Source of the DNA: Lama guanicoe
Lineage: Eukaryota
Length of the DNA: 64,000 bases
Assembly (NCBI GenBank): GCA_013239625.1
Contig: MU056000.1
Coordinates: 8,099,214-8,163,213, forward strand
Direction: 5' to 3'
Within the stretch, counting starts at the first letter, position 1; every line of letters begins with the position of its first letter. Positions 13,346-26,485 of the stretch are shown in pieces. Under the pieces are notes generated by a model that saw only the letters and a program-made list of their open reading frames with translations, ran no database searches and had not been told where the DNA came from. Made by a program: the position numbers and the translations under genes.

Positions 13346-14384
13346 GAGAAACATGCCAATATTTGAGTTCATAAGGCATTTCTTGCTTCTCCATCTGTCA
13401 TTTCCATAGTATGGAGCTGGAAGAAAGTATCTCGGGTCACCCCAGCACAAATAAGATGGTGCCTCGCTCTTACTCATCCTTTGAGATTTATCCGCTTATC
13501 TACAATAATGGGTGATGTTATGTGTAGGACTACACATCACACTATTACACAATATTTACTTTCTGTTTATCTCCTTCAAAAGTGTCTCAATTTTATGGTG
13601 CAACAGATACGAGAAGAAACATTTTTTATTACAATTGGGAAAAATACCATTGGCAGTGAATATAAAACTATCTTCTCAAAGCAGACACCCTCCTTCGGGC
13701 AGACAAAGAGCATTAATCACTAAAATGGTTCCCTGATTTCTTTAGCACAGTTAAAATGCATTGAAAGTATGACTGATCACGGAAAATAGAAGTCCCAAGA
13801 GAAACTGGCTTTGGATTTTATTTCCTTTAAGTGCACACGTCACTCTGTTAGGGGATCCTATGCAATGGCGTTTTTTATGTACTTGATTCTTTCTCTTAAA
13901 AATTGCTCTAAGGTGGATGCTTTTTAAGAAAGCAAACTATTTATTCATTCAATAAACACAAATTATGCTCATGTCTCAGACACTCTTATTTCAGGTTTTT
14001 AGGAATTACTCATGGTGCACCTTCTCCCAATTAGATCATTAAATTTAGTATAATAAACAAGCAATTTTTGAAGCTGTTATAACTTCCCATGCATGTTCAG
14101 TTTCAGAATATAAAGTTTGCTTTCATCATCGAAATGTTATTTCTTAAAATAGAAATAATTTCTAAATAATTAAATGTAATAAAAATGTAGATGTAATTTA
14201 ATCAGTCTATATATTTAAATGTAACTTTGTATAAGCTCCAGAACCCAATTATTGTGAAAATATATATATATATATATTTATAACAAAGAATATTATTAGT
14301 AACATTAGTAACAAGCTTTTAAACATATACATAATATGTACATAAATTGTTAATGTTAGGAAAGAATTATCTAAACCACAAATA

Positions 14385-14605
14385 GATAGCTCTCACTTTA
14401 TACCAGGCGATAATTCTAACTGATTTATAGTTAATCTTCATGACAAAACTTTCGAGAGAGGTGATATTTTCCCATTTTATAGATAAGAAATTGAGGAAGT
14501 TCCTAAGGAGCTTGCTGGAGGTTCCCCTGTCAGCAAGTAATGAAGCCAAGATTTCGACCCTGGCCATTTGGTTCCAGAGGTCACATTCTGAACTATGCAA
14601 CTGAA
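14385..14605 (-). mobile_element. MIR SINE
   Basis: Core cccattttatagataagaaattgagg...gaagccaagatttcgaccc. Confidence 0.8.
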
Positions 14606-14619
14606 CTCCTATGCGATTA

Positions 14620-15720
14620 AAAAAAAACAAAAACATAAACATCATAAACAAAGTTGAAAAAACAAGCCACATCCAGGGAGAAAATAATTGCAATGCATAT
14701 AGCTTACAAAAGGTTAGTTTCCAGAACATATAAATAACTCCTACAAATCAATGAGATAGAGATTCAAAGATCAAATAGAAGAGAGGTCAACAGATACATG
14801 TACAGCTTATGCAGAGCAGAGAAATCAAGAAAGTGTGGCCACTGAACACACTAAAAGATACTCAACCCTATTAGGAACTGAAAAAATAGAAATTGAAAGA
14901 ATACCTCTTTCTAACTTCACAGGTTGTAAAACAATTAGAAAGTCTGACTGTACCAAGTGTTGGAGAGGAGATGAGGAAACGTGAGCTGCCATACACCGTA
15001 CGTGGGAGAGTAAACCAGTGAAACACTTGGGTGAGCTATGAGTCAACACCTGATATGGTTTTTGGGGCCAATAATAAATCACGCAGTGATTCCGCCTCTA
15101 GGTAGAGCCCCCAGGGAAACCCGTTCACCTGTGCTCAGGGGACTTGTACAGGACTGTTCATGCCTACATGCTGGCAGTAGCAAAGCAAAGAAACAACCTA
15201 AGAGGTCACCATTAGAGGAGTGAAAAAATATGATAATATGATTCCATATCATATATGACATGTATTTGGAATAAATACTATTTGGCGGCTAAAACAAATT
15301 AGCCAGATACACAATGTATCAACATGGGAAGGTCTCAAAAGCAAAATACAGAGTGAAAAATGCAAATTGCATGTAAGATGTGTATTGCACGACCCCAATT
15401 AAGTAAAATTTTAAAACATCCATTAGTCAGTATTGTATACAAATACATACATACACACATACATAAACATATATATACACAAGGGTTATTCTTTGGCTTA
15501 AACTTATATATACGTATATATATTCACATACACAGAGAAAGATATTATGTATGTGGATTAAACTGATACACTGAAATTCACGATGGTGGTGGCCTCTGGG
15601 GGAGAACAATGAGAAATAACTCTGAGAAGGAGTAAAAAGGGAATTTCAATTTTACCTCAAATGTTTTACATTACGAAAAATGAGGAAAAAATGTTAACGT
15701 TATTTTAAGAATGTCTTTGA
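14620..15720 (+). mobile_element. Ancient L1 (L1ME-like) ORF2 end and 3'UTR
   Basis: ccagaacatataaataactcctacaaatcaat..., taccaagtgttggagaggag..., gcagtgattccgcctctaggta..., A-rich strand bias. Confidence 0.75.
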
Positions 15721-17029
15721 TACTTGAAATAGGGGAATCATGGTTCTTACGTTTAGAAACACGTTAGTTAAATGCTTTCATAAATCCTCGTAATCCTTCT
15801 ATGTCATATTCTCATCATTGCTGGAATCTCTCACAGTTGAAATTCAAATGATGCAAAACAGTTCTGAAACATATGAGTATACAGAATGGAGGGAAATAAC
15901 AGTTTAGAATATAATTACGTATTTCTCCGTGCTGCACATGAGGAAAATGATAGTGCCACTTTTACTGTGGTTCAGGTTTGACATAGCTGGAACATCCTAA
16001 GTGAAAAGACATTAACGTTCAAGTTCTGAGGGCGTGAGGTGGGGATGGGCTGGGAAACTGGTTGAAACCAAAGGATAACCTTTGGGTTCCTTGACAAGTG
16101 TTTCCATCCTCATCATTTCTAGCATGATAGTTTCTTTATCGACCTCTGGGCCATTTCTAATTTAAAAAGAATACGAAAGTTCAGAGAGTTTTCTCAATGT
16201 CAGGAAAGACACAGAGCAAGCCATCACTACAGCTACTCTGTCTGTTGTGGACCTGCTCAAATACATTTTCTCATTTTCTTTTTCAACTTTTCAGTGCCCA
16301 AAGCATCATCCCTGCACTGCATTGTGTGGCGTATTGCTGCTCACAGTATCGTTCAAAAGGAAATAAAGGAAAGGAATGATGAGTTTTTGGTTATTTTGCT
16401 TTCAAGTTAAGCAATTGTACCTAAAACATAAGCCAGAGAAACTATGGTGAAGTAAATTGCTTCAGAAATGACATTTGAGTCCAGCCTACAGGGACAAAGG
16501 GCCTTATATGTACGAAGTCCACGTGACCTAAAACTGCATTCTGACATAAAGTCTTCTTTGGTATATAGCTTTGCATGCAGCCACACCGTAAGAACAGGCA
16601 CTGGCTGCAGAATAAAATGACCTTGGTCAACAGTCCTGAATATCGTGGAAATAAAGCATAGTCAGAAAAAAACAGTGAGAAGTGGTACCCATGGAGCATC
16701 GTTTAGGCTGTTGTTGCCCTGGCACGTTAGTGCTCGGTATCCAGGCCTTATTAGTGTGGTTGGCAAGTCACCCTGCTTCCCCCAGAACTTTCTGCACAGC
16801 TGATCTCCTTTCAGTGTATTGTCTTGTGGTCTCTGTAAGTGTCTGTGGTATATCCCCAGATGAATGTTGTAGTATCTCCCCTGGGCAGTTAGAATGTTTC
16901 TTTCTTTCTTAGATCACACATCTTCTATCTGCTTTAACCATTTTCAATGTAATTTTACGGCTATGATAATAATGTTTACAGGAATACAGTGGACAGCTAT
17001 CTGACCACAAAGCTCCTAAGCTAGGAGAC

Positions 17030-17200
17030 CATGTGCGTGGTGTCCAGGCACGTGAAAGCCACATTCCCTGAGACTGGAGCTCAGTTCTATCAGTATAGGA
17101 CACTTTAGGCAAATTACTTAAACTCTCTGGACCCAAGAGGAGACAATTTTAGGGTTAAATAAATTATTAAATATCAAGTGATCATTGCCTGGCACATCTG
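17030..17200 (+). mobile_element. MIR SINE fragment
   Basis: actttaggcaaattacttaaactctctg...agggttaaataa...gcctggcacat. Confidence 0.6.
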
Positions 17201-17594
17201 GAGTAAGTATATCATGTTTCCTATTTTATGATACATTGTTAAAATGGTTTATATGAGTATGACCCATGCCTTAGAGTACACTGCAGTCCATTGTGGGAGG
17301 GTCAAAATGGGGGCAGACATGGAGAAATAGGGACAGGGGACATTAAGAAAATAGCCAGGAATGGTGTGACCCTGTCTAGGCTCTCAGTCACAACCAGTTC
17401 TGGAGAAAATGGTAAAACAGCATCACCGCAGACTCTTGGTGACTGGTCCCCATGGCTCTGGACATGCAGAACAGAGATGCAAAGCCAGCTTCCCACGACT
17501 TGGTACAGTCACGGGACCTGGGAAAGGAAACACACAGAACTGGAAAGACCGTTGCATAGAGAGGTGTGTTCAAAGCACCACTGCACACAGGACC

Positions 17595-17748
17595 ATGGGA
17601 GCTTGAGCACGACACTTATTCTAAGCTTCAGTCTTCCCATGTGTAAAATGGGGCTATTACTAGCAATGTTCCCATAGGGATCTTGTGGAAGTTAAATGTG
17701 TAATGTATGTAAGACTCACAAAACAGTGCTGGGAACGTAGGAGGCATT
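17595..17748 (+). mobile_element. MIR SINE fragment
   Basis: ctaagcttcagtcttcccatgtgtaaaatggggcta...cataggg...ttaaatg...acagtgctggg. Confidence 0.75.
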
Positions 17749-17764
17749 ACAAACAAAGCAAGCT

Positions 17765-18456
17765 AATTAGAATTTTCTCCAGATATATGCCCAGGAGTGG
17801 GATTGCTGGATCATATGGTAAGTCCAGTTTTAGTGTTTTAAGGAGTCTCCATACAGTTTTCCATAGTGGCTGCACCAAACCACATTCCCACCAACAGTGT
17901 AGGAGGGTTCCCTTTTCTCCCCACCCTCTCCAGCATTTATTGTTTTGACAGTATAGAGAAGATGTGGTGTATATATACAATGAGATACTGCTCAGCCATA
18001 AAAAAGAATGAAATCATGCCATTTGCAGCAACATGGATGGACCTAGAGATGATCACACTAAGTGAAGTAAATCAGAAACAGAAAGACAAATATCACATGA
18101 TCACTTAATGTAAAATCTAAAAAAGAGTGATACAAATGAACTTATTGACAACTAGAAAGAAACTCACAAAGAAAACAAAATTATGGTTACCAAAGGGGAA
18201 AGGAGGCGGGAGGGATAAATTAGCAGTTTGGAATTAGCGGATACAAACTACTACATATAAAATAGATAAACAACGAGGTCCTACTGTACAGCACAGGGAA
18301 CTATATTCAATATCTTATAATAATCTGTAATCATATCCTTTTAGATATGAGAAAGAATACACATACGTATAACTGAATCACTATGCTGTACACAGAAATT
18401 AACACAACATTGTATATCAAGCATACTTCAATTAAAAAAGAAAAAAAAACCCAATA
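17765..18456 (+). mobile_element. Camelid L1 insertion with 5' inversion (twin priming); inverted part about 17772-17946
   Basis: Reverse-orientation ORF2 segment (cccaggagtgggattgctggatcatatgg...) joined to forward 3'UTR and poly(A); TSD aaacaaagcaagct (17751-17764) / aaacaaagtgagct (18457-18470). Confidence 0.92.
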
Positions 18457-20454
18457 AAACAAAGTGAGCTCTCATCATCACATGCAGAAGAGTGGAGACC
18501 TGAGAGAAAGTCTAACAGGTCAACCATCCAGAATTCCACTCATCCTTGCTGAGGACCAATTAATATTATCACACAAATACGTTACAGGTTTTGCAGAATT
18601 TAAATTGTCTTTTTTTTTTCTCCCATGCTAAACTGGGGAAGGGAAAAAGGCAGACTGTAATTTGCAAAGAGAAATGATTTACTTTTTAAACCATAAGTTT
18701 TCCAATCAGTCCTACACCGGATGCCTCCCCGGACAACACTACTGTTCTTGCCGTAGCAGAAACCTTAAAGAAGAAAGGAAATAAATCAGACCCAAATTGC
18801 TAGTATTGGTTTCCTTTAGTCTGAGGCAGGGGAAATTCATATTCCTAAGCTAATTTTATTGGAGTTGGTGTCTGACAAATTATCCAGGCAATTGATATCG
18901 CAAAGAGATAGGCTCTCAGGCCTGGACACATGTGGATCCATCGTATCTCAGAGGACCACGGCAAGGTCAGGTCTGCGAGCTGGCCAGCTAAAGCGAGACA
19001 GGCGGGCACAAACAGCAATTCTGCTTTGTCTTAATTCCTTCAAAATACAAACTCCAGTTTCTAGCAACCGTAAAGAATTCGCCCTAGGCTCAATCACCCT
19101 AAATGTACAATCTACCCAAAGCCAAGCTCTTACCGTGGGAAAGACACACAGTCAAGTTTCTGAAATGCTTTTATAGTTTTGGAGTTGGTTGCAGTTATAT
19201 TACAACAGACATATTATGTGTAAAAATTCCACACCAGAAGAAGGAAAAAAATGGTATATTATAAACCACCAAACCCCACACTGTATTTCCCACCCTAGCT
19301 TTTTCGGGAGACTTCGCACACATGGGTGAGGTCATTTTTTAAAATGCTTCCACTAGTACACGAGAATTTTACAGCATTCGAAGCAAAATTTCTGACGGCC
19401 AGCCACACTAGGCAATAAACTGCCATAATACTGTGGATTCCATAAATTAGAATGCATACATTGCTATTGCAGATGACCAGACAGACTGTTAATCAAATGA
19501 TTCTGAGAGCTTACAGTATTTTGAAATGCTTTCCAAACCATCAAAAATTGACTAGTTTGTGTGGTTTATGTGCTAAGTGTTGACCACTGCATTATACACT
19601 GCCATATTCATAACCTCCCTGGGTGTTCGTCGTAGCTCACAGTAGCTCACGGTTAGATCTCTGATTAACTTGAACGCTTTATCCACTGATCCTGAGGGTG
19701 AACAGAGAGCTTGCTGTATTTTGCAGGTTGATGATTAATAACAGATTCCTTAGACAAGAGAAGGTTAGTCGGTGTGTTTGCTGGAGGAGGCGGAGCCTAT
19801 ATCAAGGTCCTCAGGTGTCCAAGGTTTGGCCTTTTGCATTCAATACCCCGGAATTACGCCCATCGTTAGGGTCCTCTCAGTGAAGGGCGCGCCTTAAACC
19901 CGGGGGCATCGCTGGCTAAAAGAAGGGGTCAAGTTTATGTTTTTCCGCTTTCCTGTGATTGTGTGTGCCTGTGAGTGGGTGAGAACTGCGCTTACGTGTG
20001 TGAATGTGTGTGAACTTGCGTGTGGGGTGTGGGTGCACCTCACCCTTCTGTTCTGCTAAAACACACTGACTTGCTTACATCTTTTCTTTACCTGCTCTTG
20101 CTTCAGAAGTGTGGGGTCCACTACCAGATATTTCAAACCCTGGGCATTAAGTTTGACTGGAATGGATAAGGCTTTTATCAATATAAATGAAGCTAACACC
20201 TCTTCGATAGCTTAAGGGAAATTTATGCAAATCACCATTGCCTGTTTTGCAGGAAAGACAAAACTGGGTCTTCTTTTTGGGGTTTTGAGTACCAACAAAT
20301 GATTTGTGAAAACAAATCTCCATTTTAGTGCCCTCATGGGGCAGAAACCATGTAATATTCATGAAAGACTCTCATGGTCTTACAGATCTTTACTTCCTTA
20401 CGAGCATTAGAGAGTAGTCTTTAAACCATTTGGAGGTTCAGTTCAAATGTTTAA

Positions 20455-21052
20455 TGGGTGCACACATGTTCACAGTCTATTAATAATTTTCAAAATCTAG
20501 AAACAACCAAACGTCCTGCAACATGTGAGTGGTTAAACAAGCTGATGTATCTATAACGAGGAGATGTACGTAGCAATAAAAAGAAACCTATTACTGATAT
20601 ATGCAACAAGCAGCAACTCGGAGAGACCTCAAGGTCATGATGTTCAGTGAAAAGGATAAATAACATTCCTGAAATTACAAAATTATGGAAGTGGAGAACA
20701 GATTAGCAGTTGTCAGGGCTCTGGGATGGGGGATGAAGGTGGGAGTGGCTATAATGGGGTAGCAGGAAGGGGCCTTGTAGTGATGGAATGGTTCTGAATC
20801 TTTGTTGTGGTTACAAGAGCTACTTATGTAATAAAATGGCACTGAACTAAACACACACATACATACACATGTACACACACAGAAGGGCATGTAAAACTGG
20901 GGAAATCTGTGGACTGTACCAATGCCAATTTCCCGGTCTATACGTGCCCATTGTGGCCACTGGCGGGAACTGGGAAAAGTTACAGGGCACTTCTCTGTGT
21001 CTTTTATTTTGCAACTTCCTATGAATCTATGATCATTTCAAAATAAAAAGGT
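20455..21052 (+). mobile_element. Old L1 3' end (L1MC/L1MD-like)
   Basis: ctagaaacaaccaaacgtcc...tggagaacagattagcagttgtcaggg...gcatgtaaaactggggaaatctg...tttgcaacttcctatgaatctat...tttcaaaataaaaag. Confidence 0.85.
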
Positions 21053-22167
21053 AAAAATCAATTCAGTGGGGTATGGCTTGGTGCCACTTTGTTTCCTCGC
21101 TGTAAACTTATTTTTCTATGTGCAATAAGCTACTCAGTGATTCTCTTGTAATAATTAAACTAGAATTAAAAGAAGATTGGAAATAGTGGAGTAAAGAGGA
21201 AGGGAGGAATGGACGAAAGATCACCTTGTGATCACCTTTTCTGTTCTTCACCCTTAGCGGGCAGAGCTCAGGTGACCCTGCCCTGGGCTCATTTCTGCTT
21301 TGTTCCATAAATGAAGGCATTATTCCTGGAGCATAACATACCAATCATCCTGCCCACTGCCAGCCACATGCAAGGCACTGTGCTGCTTCTGGATGAAAGC
21401 TCATTCGTTCTACCCCAGCTTCCTGCTCGGCAGGCTCCCGTATTCACCTCCATCTCCGCATGTCTTCTAGGAAGATTTAAGATAGTATTTTGGCTTAGAC
21501 TCCTAGGGCAACACAAATGTCTTAACGGGTTCTACGTGAGTCTGAGCGACCTCAAGCGACAGCACCCACTGGGTCACTGGAAGCATATTCAGTACAGTCA
21601 GACTTTCACCTGGTGGATGCGCTCCTCTCCTCCTGCTGATTCGCAGGGGAGCTACCGCAGTGCCAGTCGACTTCTGAAACCATCTCGCCGCACCATCCCA
21701 GCTCTTGGAAACTGGTCTACTTGATGACGTCTGTCCCTTTCTTTCCATATTTATTGCAGTGGGAAACAAATTCTACATGAACAAAATCACTTTCTTTCCA
21801 ACATTTAACGTCAGATTTTAGGAACTGAGAAGCTGGGTCAGCCCCTTCCCTTCTCCCATCTTACCGCCATCGCCCGGCCGCTGTGTCTGCCCTGAGTTCT
21901 CTTCCTCAGGAAGAAACGCGGATTTGAATAGGAGGCCTCACTAACGCGCTGCGCTGCCTGCCAAATGGAGGGAATCATTTCAAAGCCAAGGGGTGGAAAT
22001 CTCAACTGACGCTCTTGAAATGTTTAAAACTTTTCTTCCTCCAAGTCATTTTCAAGATCCTTAGCCTCTATCCATTCTCCACTGTAAACATCCCTTGGAA
22101 CTCACTGTCTGTTATCTCTTGCCTGACGCAACAAAGGGATAATATAAAGTGAGTTCTCCACGCCTGG

Positions 22168-22641
22168 AGTAAAGGAGTCACTCTTCCCCCGGACAACGTT
22201 GTCTCCTTGGTTAGGATCTTCTGGGCTCTCTTTCCGACTTGCCCCAATCTTGAGCTCTCATGCTCCTCTCTGTAGTCTCCTTCTAACAAGAAACTTGCTA
22301 AACCAGGTTAACCAGAATCACCAATACTCAAGATCTAATCACCTTCGATATCTGCTCTGGTTTCTCATCCTCCGCCATTCCCCCAGGTGACATCTGATCA
22401 CCTGGCCTGCATTCAGCAAGAATCCTGTTGGGTCTCCCTTACTCCTGATATTTCATTTTAGTCATTTTCCCTCCACTGCCCGCCCCCTGCTGCTTGGCTA
22501 CAAATTCCCATTGTTTCCTCGTATTTGGAGTTGAACCCCATCTCTCCTCCTCCTACAAAACCACATTGGGGTAGCCGCCTTGAATAAAGTCTGCCTTACT
22601 GTTCTTTAACAAGCATTATTGAATAGTTTTTTTCTTTAACA
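22168..22641 (+). mobile_element. ERV1 solo LTR, MER31-like
   Basis: cccccaggtgacatctgatcacctggcctgcattcagcaagaatcctgtt...cttggctacaaattccca...ttgaataaagtctgccttac...tttttctttaaca. Confidence 0.82.
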
Positions 22642-23779
22642 CCATCGCAAACTCCTTTCTGCCCGACAGGAACATGGACAAAGTCGCATGCCCTCTCTAA
22701 CCTCAGTCTCCTCGTCTGCGCAGAGATAACGTTATTAGACCCAGCTTCACGGCGGTGAGACCTGTGCCGTTGTCCAGGTCCCCAAGCTCAGAGAGTCCTA
22801 AGCTTGGTTTAGTGCTGTACCACTGCCATCATGGAATGCATAATAAATAATTCTACCTCTGAACTCAAACTTGTTTTGCAAGCGAAATCCAACACAGCAT
22901 TGAAACAGGTGCCTGAGTGGAGTCCTCTCTTCCCACTGCCTCATGCTCATGTAGCGCTTGGAATATGCTTTGAAGGAAGAAGGCAATGATGTTCTAAGAA
23001 GCATAAATGAATAAGGTACCCAATCATAGCCTTTCTTCCTCATATTCTTCACCTAGGTCAGCCAACTATTTATGCTAAGAATAATGACCCAGATGGAAAG
23101 GGAAGTTATGTCAACCCATGGTCCTGTTTCCTTTCAGTCCTCCCTCCCTCTCCAGGAAGAGAATGCTAGTCGACCATGTGCATAGTGAGAAGCAAAACAA
23201 AAACATCTGAGGTAGATTCGTGCAGTGTTTCCACTATTTGGGTAAGAACAAAATACTTAGGTATGTACAGACTATAAAACATGAATTGTATAATTTCTGT
23301 AATTCTGCAGACAAGTTAAGCTCTTCTATTTGCCTTTAAATCTGGCACTATGGTAATAGAAAGACAAATGGTAAATTTCATGCAAATGATTTGAAATTTT
23401 AATTTTTCTTCACTTAAGACTAAATAGTAAATAAAACCCATCAAGATAAGTTGAGAGACAGACCATGGAAGAAAGAAAAAAGCTTTAGTATCTTTTTAGT
23501 ACTCTTAATGGCATTTCCCTTCCTGCTTTTTGAACGACAAGCTTGAAATACTCCTTTTGAAGCGGGCGTTGCAGATTACACAGCCAGCTCTAAACATGAG
23601 CTACCCCAGCTTGCTGTCGTGGGAGTCAGTGATAACGCCTGTGAAGGTCCCGGCACACATAGACTATCGACCAATCCCCCGACTTCTCCCCTATTCACTC
23701 CACCCAACTGCCTCTCTCCTCCTCTTCACGCCTGCAGCTTATTCTTGCTCCTGTCAATTACCCGCCATGTCACTGAAAT

Positions 23780-24160
23780 CAACATTGTAAAGCAGAAATC
23801 TAATCACGGCCATCTCTAGTTCAAAAGCCTTCCGTGGTCCCTCATTGTCTGTGAGACCAAATCCAAGCTCCTTGGCAGAGCATGCTTGGTCTGTGAGGAC
23901 CAGCCTGGCCCACCTGGAGGGGCCCGTGTCAGCCTCCAGCCTTAGACGTCTAGGCTGGTGGAGGCCCTGAGACCCCAGAGCAGGTCTATCGTTTATCAGA
24001 ACATGCCACGACGATTTGCATCTTCATATTGGTCTTTGCCAGACTGTCAGCTCCCAGAGGACAGAGACTGAATAGCGTTCTCATCTCCGCATTTCACAGT
24101 ATGAAGCTCCGTGCCTGGGACTCATACTAACGTGTTCACTGAAGCACAGTGAGTAAAATG
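23780..24160 (+). mobile_element. L2 LINE 3' fragment
   Basis: aaatctaatcacggcca...tcaaaagccttccgtggtccctcattg...aaatccaagctcct; agactgtcagctcccagaggacagagac. Confidence 0.7.
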
Positions 24161-24413
24161 CTGGACTTTCGCTTCATGTTCTAAGTGTGCCCCTTATTTC
24201 CCTGAATTTTGTCTTCCTTAAAACTGCACTGTGACGAAAAGGAACTCTAACCCTTTGATTCTACGTCTGCCATAAAGCATCACTGGGAGAAGTAAGCAAC
24301 CTACGGAGTCAGTGTTTTGATTTGTACAACCTCACTCGGAATAAAAACATTCACTAATCAGCTGCTAAGCTGTAAGTCATCCCATTTATAAAATACTTCA
24401 AGAGCACATATTA

Positions 24414-24526
24414 GAGTTTGGGGTTTCTGAACATGAGCCACCCGTCCTCCTCGCTCAGCCCTGCAATAAACCTTTCTCTGCTCCAAAAAAACAAACAAAA
24501 CAAAAACAAAAACCAGAACAACAACA
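24414..24526 (+). mobile_element. Retroposed polyadenylated ERV-LTR (U3/R) fragment with A-rich tail
   Basis: About 71 nt of LTR-like sequence (catgagccacccgtcctcc...ccctgcAATAAAcctttctctgctcc) followed by an A-rich tail; TSD aagagcacatatta (24400-24413) / aaaagcacatatta (24527-24540). Confidence 0.85.
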
Positions 24527-25739
24527 AAAAGCACATATTATTTAACGTTGCACCGAGACAAATCCTGTTATAAAAATAATGAAACTGTAATTAAATGTTT
24601 ACACATCTAAACAGACAGGTAACCACTTTTTTTCTTAAACTCAGTGCATATCTTGATTCAAGAGAAGGCCACAGCGGGGAAAATTTTTCCTCTGTTGGGG
24701 AGGGGTGAGGGTGATGTCCACACACATAAACAAAACCCATCCTTTTCCAACAGCACTGTTTTTTACACCACTGTGTGGTAATCTTTCCTTTTTTTAACTG
24801 TTAAATTCTGCTCCTCCTATAGACTTGAACAAACTAATTTTCCTCTCCTTAATTAAGACCACTGCCGTATTTCAGTCACTCAAGCTTCCTGTTAAATGAA
24901 ACATTATTTTCACTTATAAATGTTCCATGATGTGTTCCTAGTGGTTGCTAATTGGGGACAATTACATGAAGATAAATCAGAACTCATCAGTGGCAGCTGT
25001 CATTAGAACGTCTCTGTTCTGCTTCTGATGCCGATATGTTGGTTTAAGGCAATAGGGCAAATCAGGACCCCAGAGGGAGCCTTGATGAAGCAGCTCAGGA
25101 AATTCGCAGGCAATGAGGGCATCCTTCATTTTTAATTTGTTGGTTTAATCTGGCTGGAGAGGAGCTGACAAAATCATCACCTAATGTGCTTAATGGTCTA
25201 AAGGAAATGAGTTGGTGGTGTTGGTTTAGTTCCTACTGGACCCATTTCTAAGTCATGCAAGCCCCAGATAAATTACTCTAATGAACCCGCCTCACAGAAA
25301 ATGTACCATGGAAACTAGACCTTGGCGGCTTGTACATAATCTTCTAAAAGCATCAAAAAAGTGAAATGAAAGAGTCTGCAGGAAGTGGGTTATTGTGCCC
25401 CTCAAAGCGCAGGTCACTGCCAGCCTAGGAGATAATGACACCCCAGGCTGGAGGGGAGATTTTCTGCATTTTCTTTTCCTGTTCAGAATGCGATAACTAA
25501 GAACACGAATATAATTTTTGTTTTGATTTACTAGTTATTGGAGAGACTGAACTGCATTTCTACTACTGAAAAGTAAAGTGACAACTTTTTACTCTTACGA
25601 ATTAATATGAAATATACGTATGAAATGGAGTAAAATGTTGGAATGGAGCATATAGAATAAACCAATTCCTCCGAAGTTAGAGAAGACATACTTCTTTTTC
25701 TTTATCGTATAAACGTTAATAGTTTAAAAATAATACCTC

Positions 25740-26485
25740 AAGGGTATTATGCTAAGTGAAAGACAGAGAAAGAAAAATACCATATGATTTCATTTATGTG
25801 TGGAATCTAAAAAACAGAACAAATGAACTAAGAACTAAACAGAAACGGAGTTATAGGTACAGAGAACAAACAGGTTGTTGCCTGAGGGGCGGGGGTGGCG
25901 AGGAGAGAAACAGATTGAGAGGAAAAAGCTTTCAGTTACAAGACAAATGAGTCAGGGGCGTGACATGTACAGTGTGGGGAACATAGTCAATAATTATGTA
26001 ATATCTATGTAGTGGCAGTTGGCAACTAGACTTACCATGGTGATCATTTTGAAATGTATAGGAATGTTGAATCACTACGCTGTGTACCAGGAACTAATAT
26101 AGCGTTGTAGGTCAATTATATTTCAAAAGCAAATGAACAAACAAACTCATAGAAAAAGTGATCAGATTTGCAGCTACCACAGGTGGGGGTATGATGTAGG
26201 GAAACTGGACGAAGGCAGTTAAAAGGTACAAACATGATAAATATAATTAAAACTCCTATACAATACATATGAAAACTCAAGAGAGCAAATCCTAAGGGTT
26301 CTCACCATGAGAACAAATTTATTGTTTTACTATTTCTTTGACTTTGTATCTATATGAGATGATAAATGTTCACTAAATTTATTGTGGTCATTATTTCATG
26401 ATATACGTTTAAGTCAAATCTTGATGCTGTAGCCCTTGTGCAGTGCTGTTTACCAACCATCAATAAAATTGGAAGAAAAATAAAT
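25740..26485 (+). mobile_element. L1 3'UTR fragment (artiodactyl/laurasiatherian subfamily with long 3'UTR)
   Basis: ggtattatgctaagtgaa...tggaatctaaaaaac...aaactcatagaaaaag..atcagatttg...caataaaattggaagaaaaa; same family as 50210-50860. Confidence 0.88.

Noticed and set aside
19727..19763. 37-nt plus-strand micro-exon as a real antisense exon
   Set aside because: Splice-like signals alone are common in 64 kb and no partner exons were found; kept only as a note in the 19620-20100 finding.
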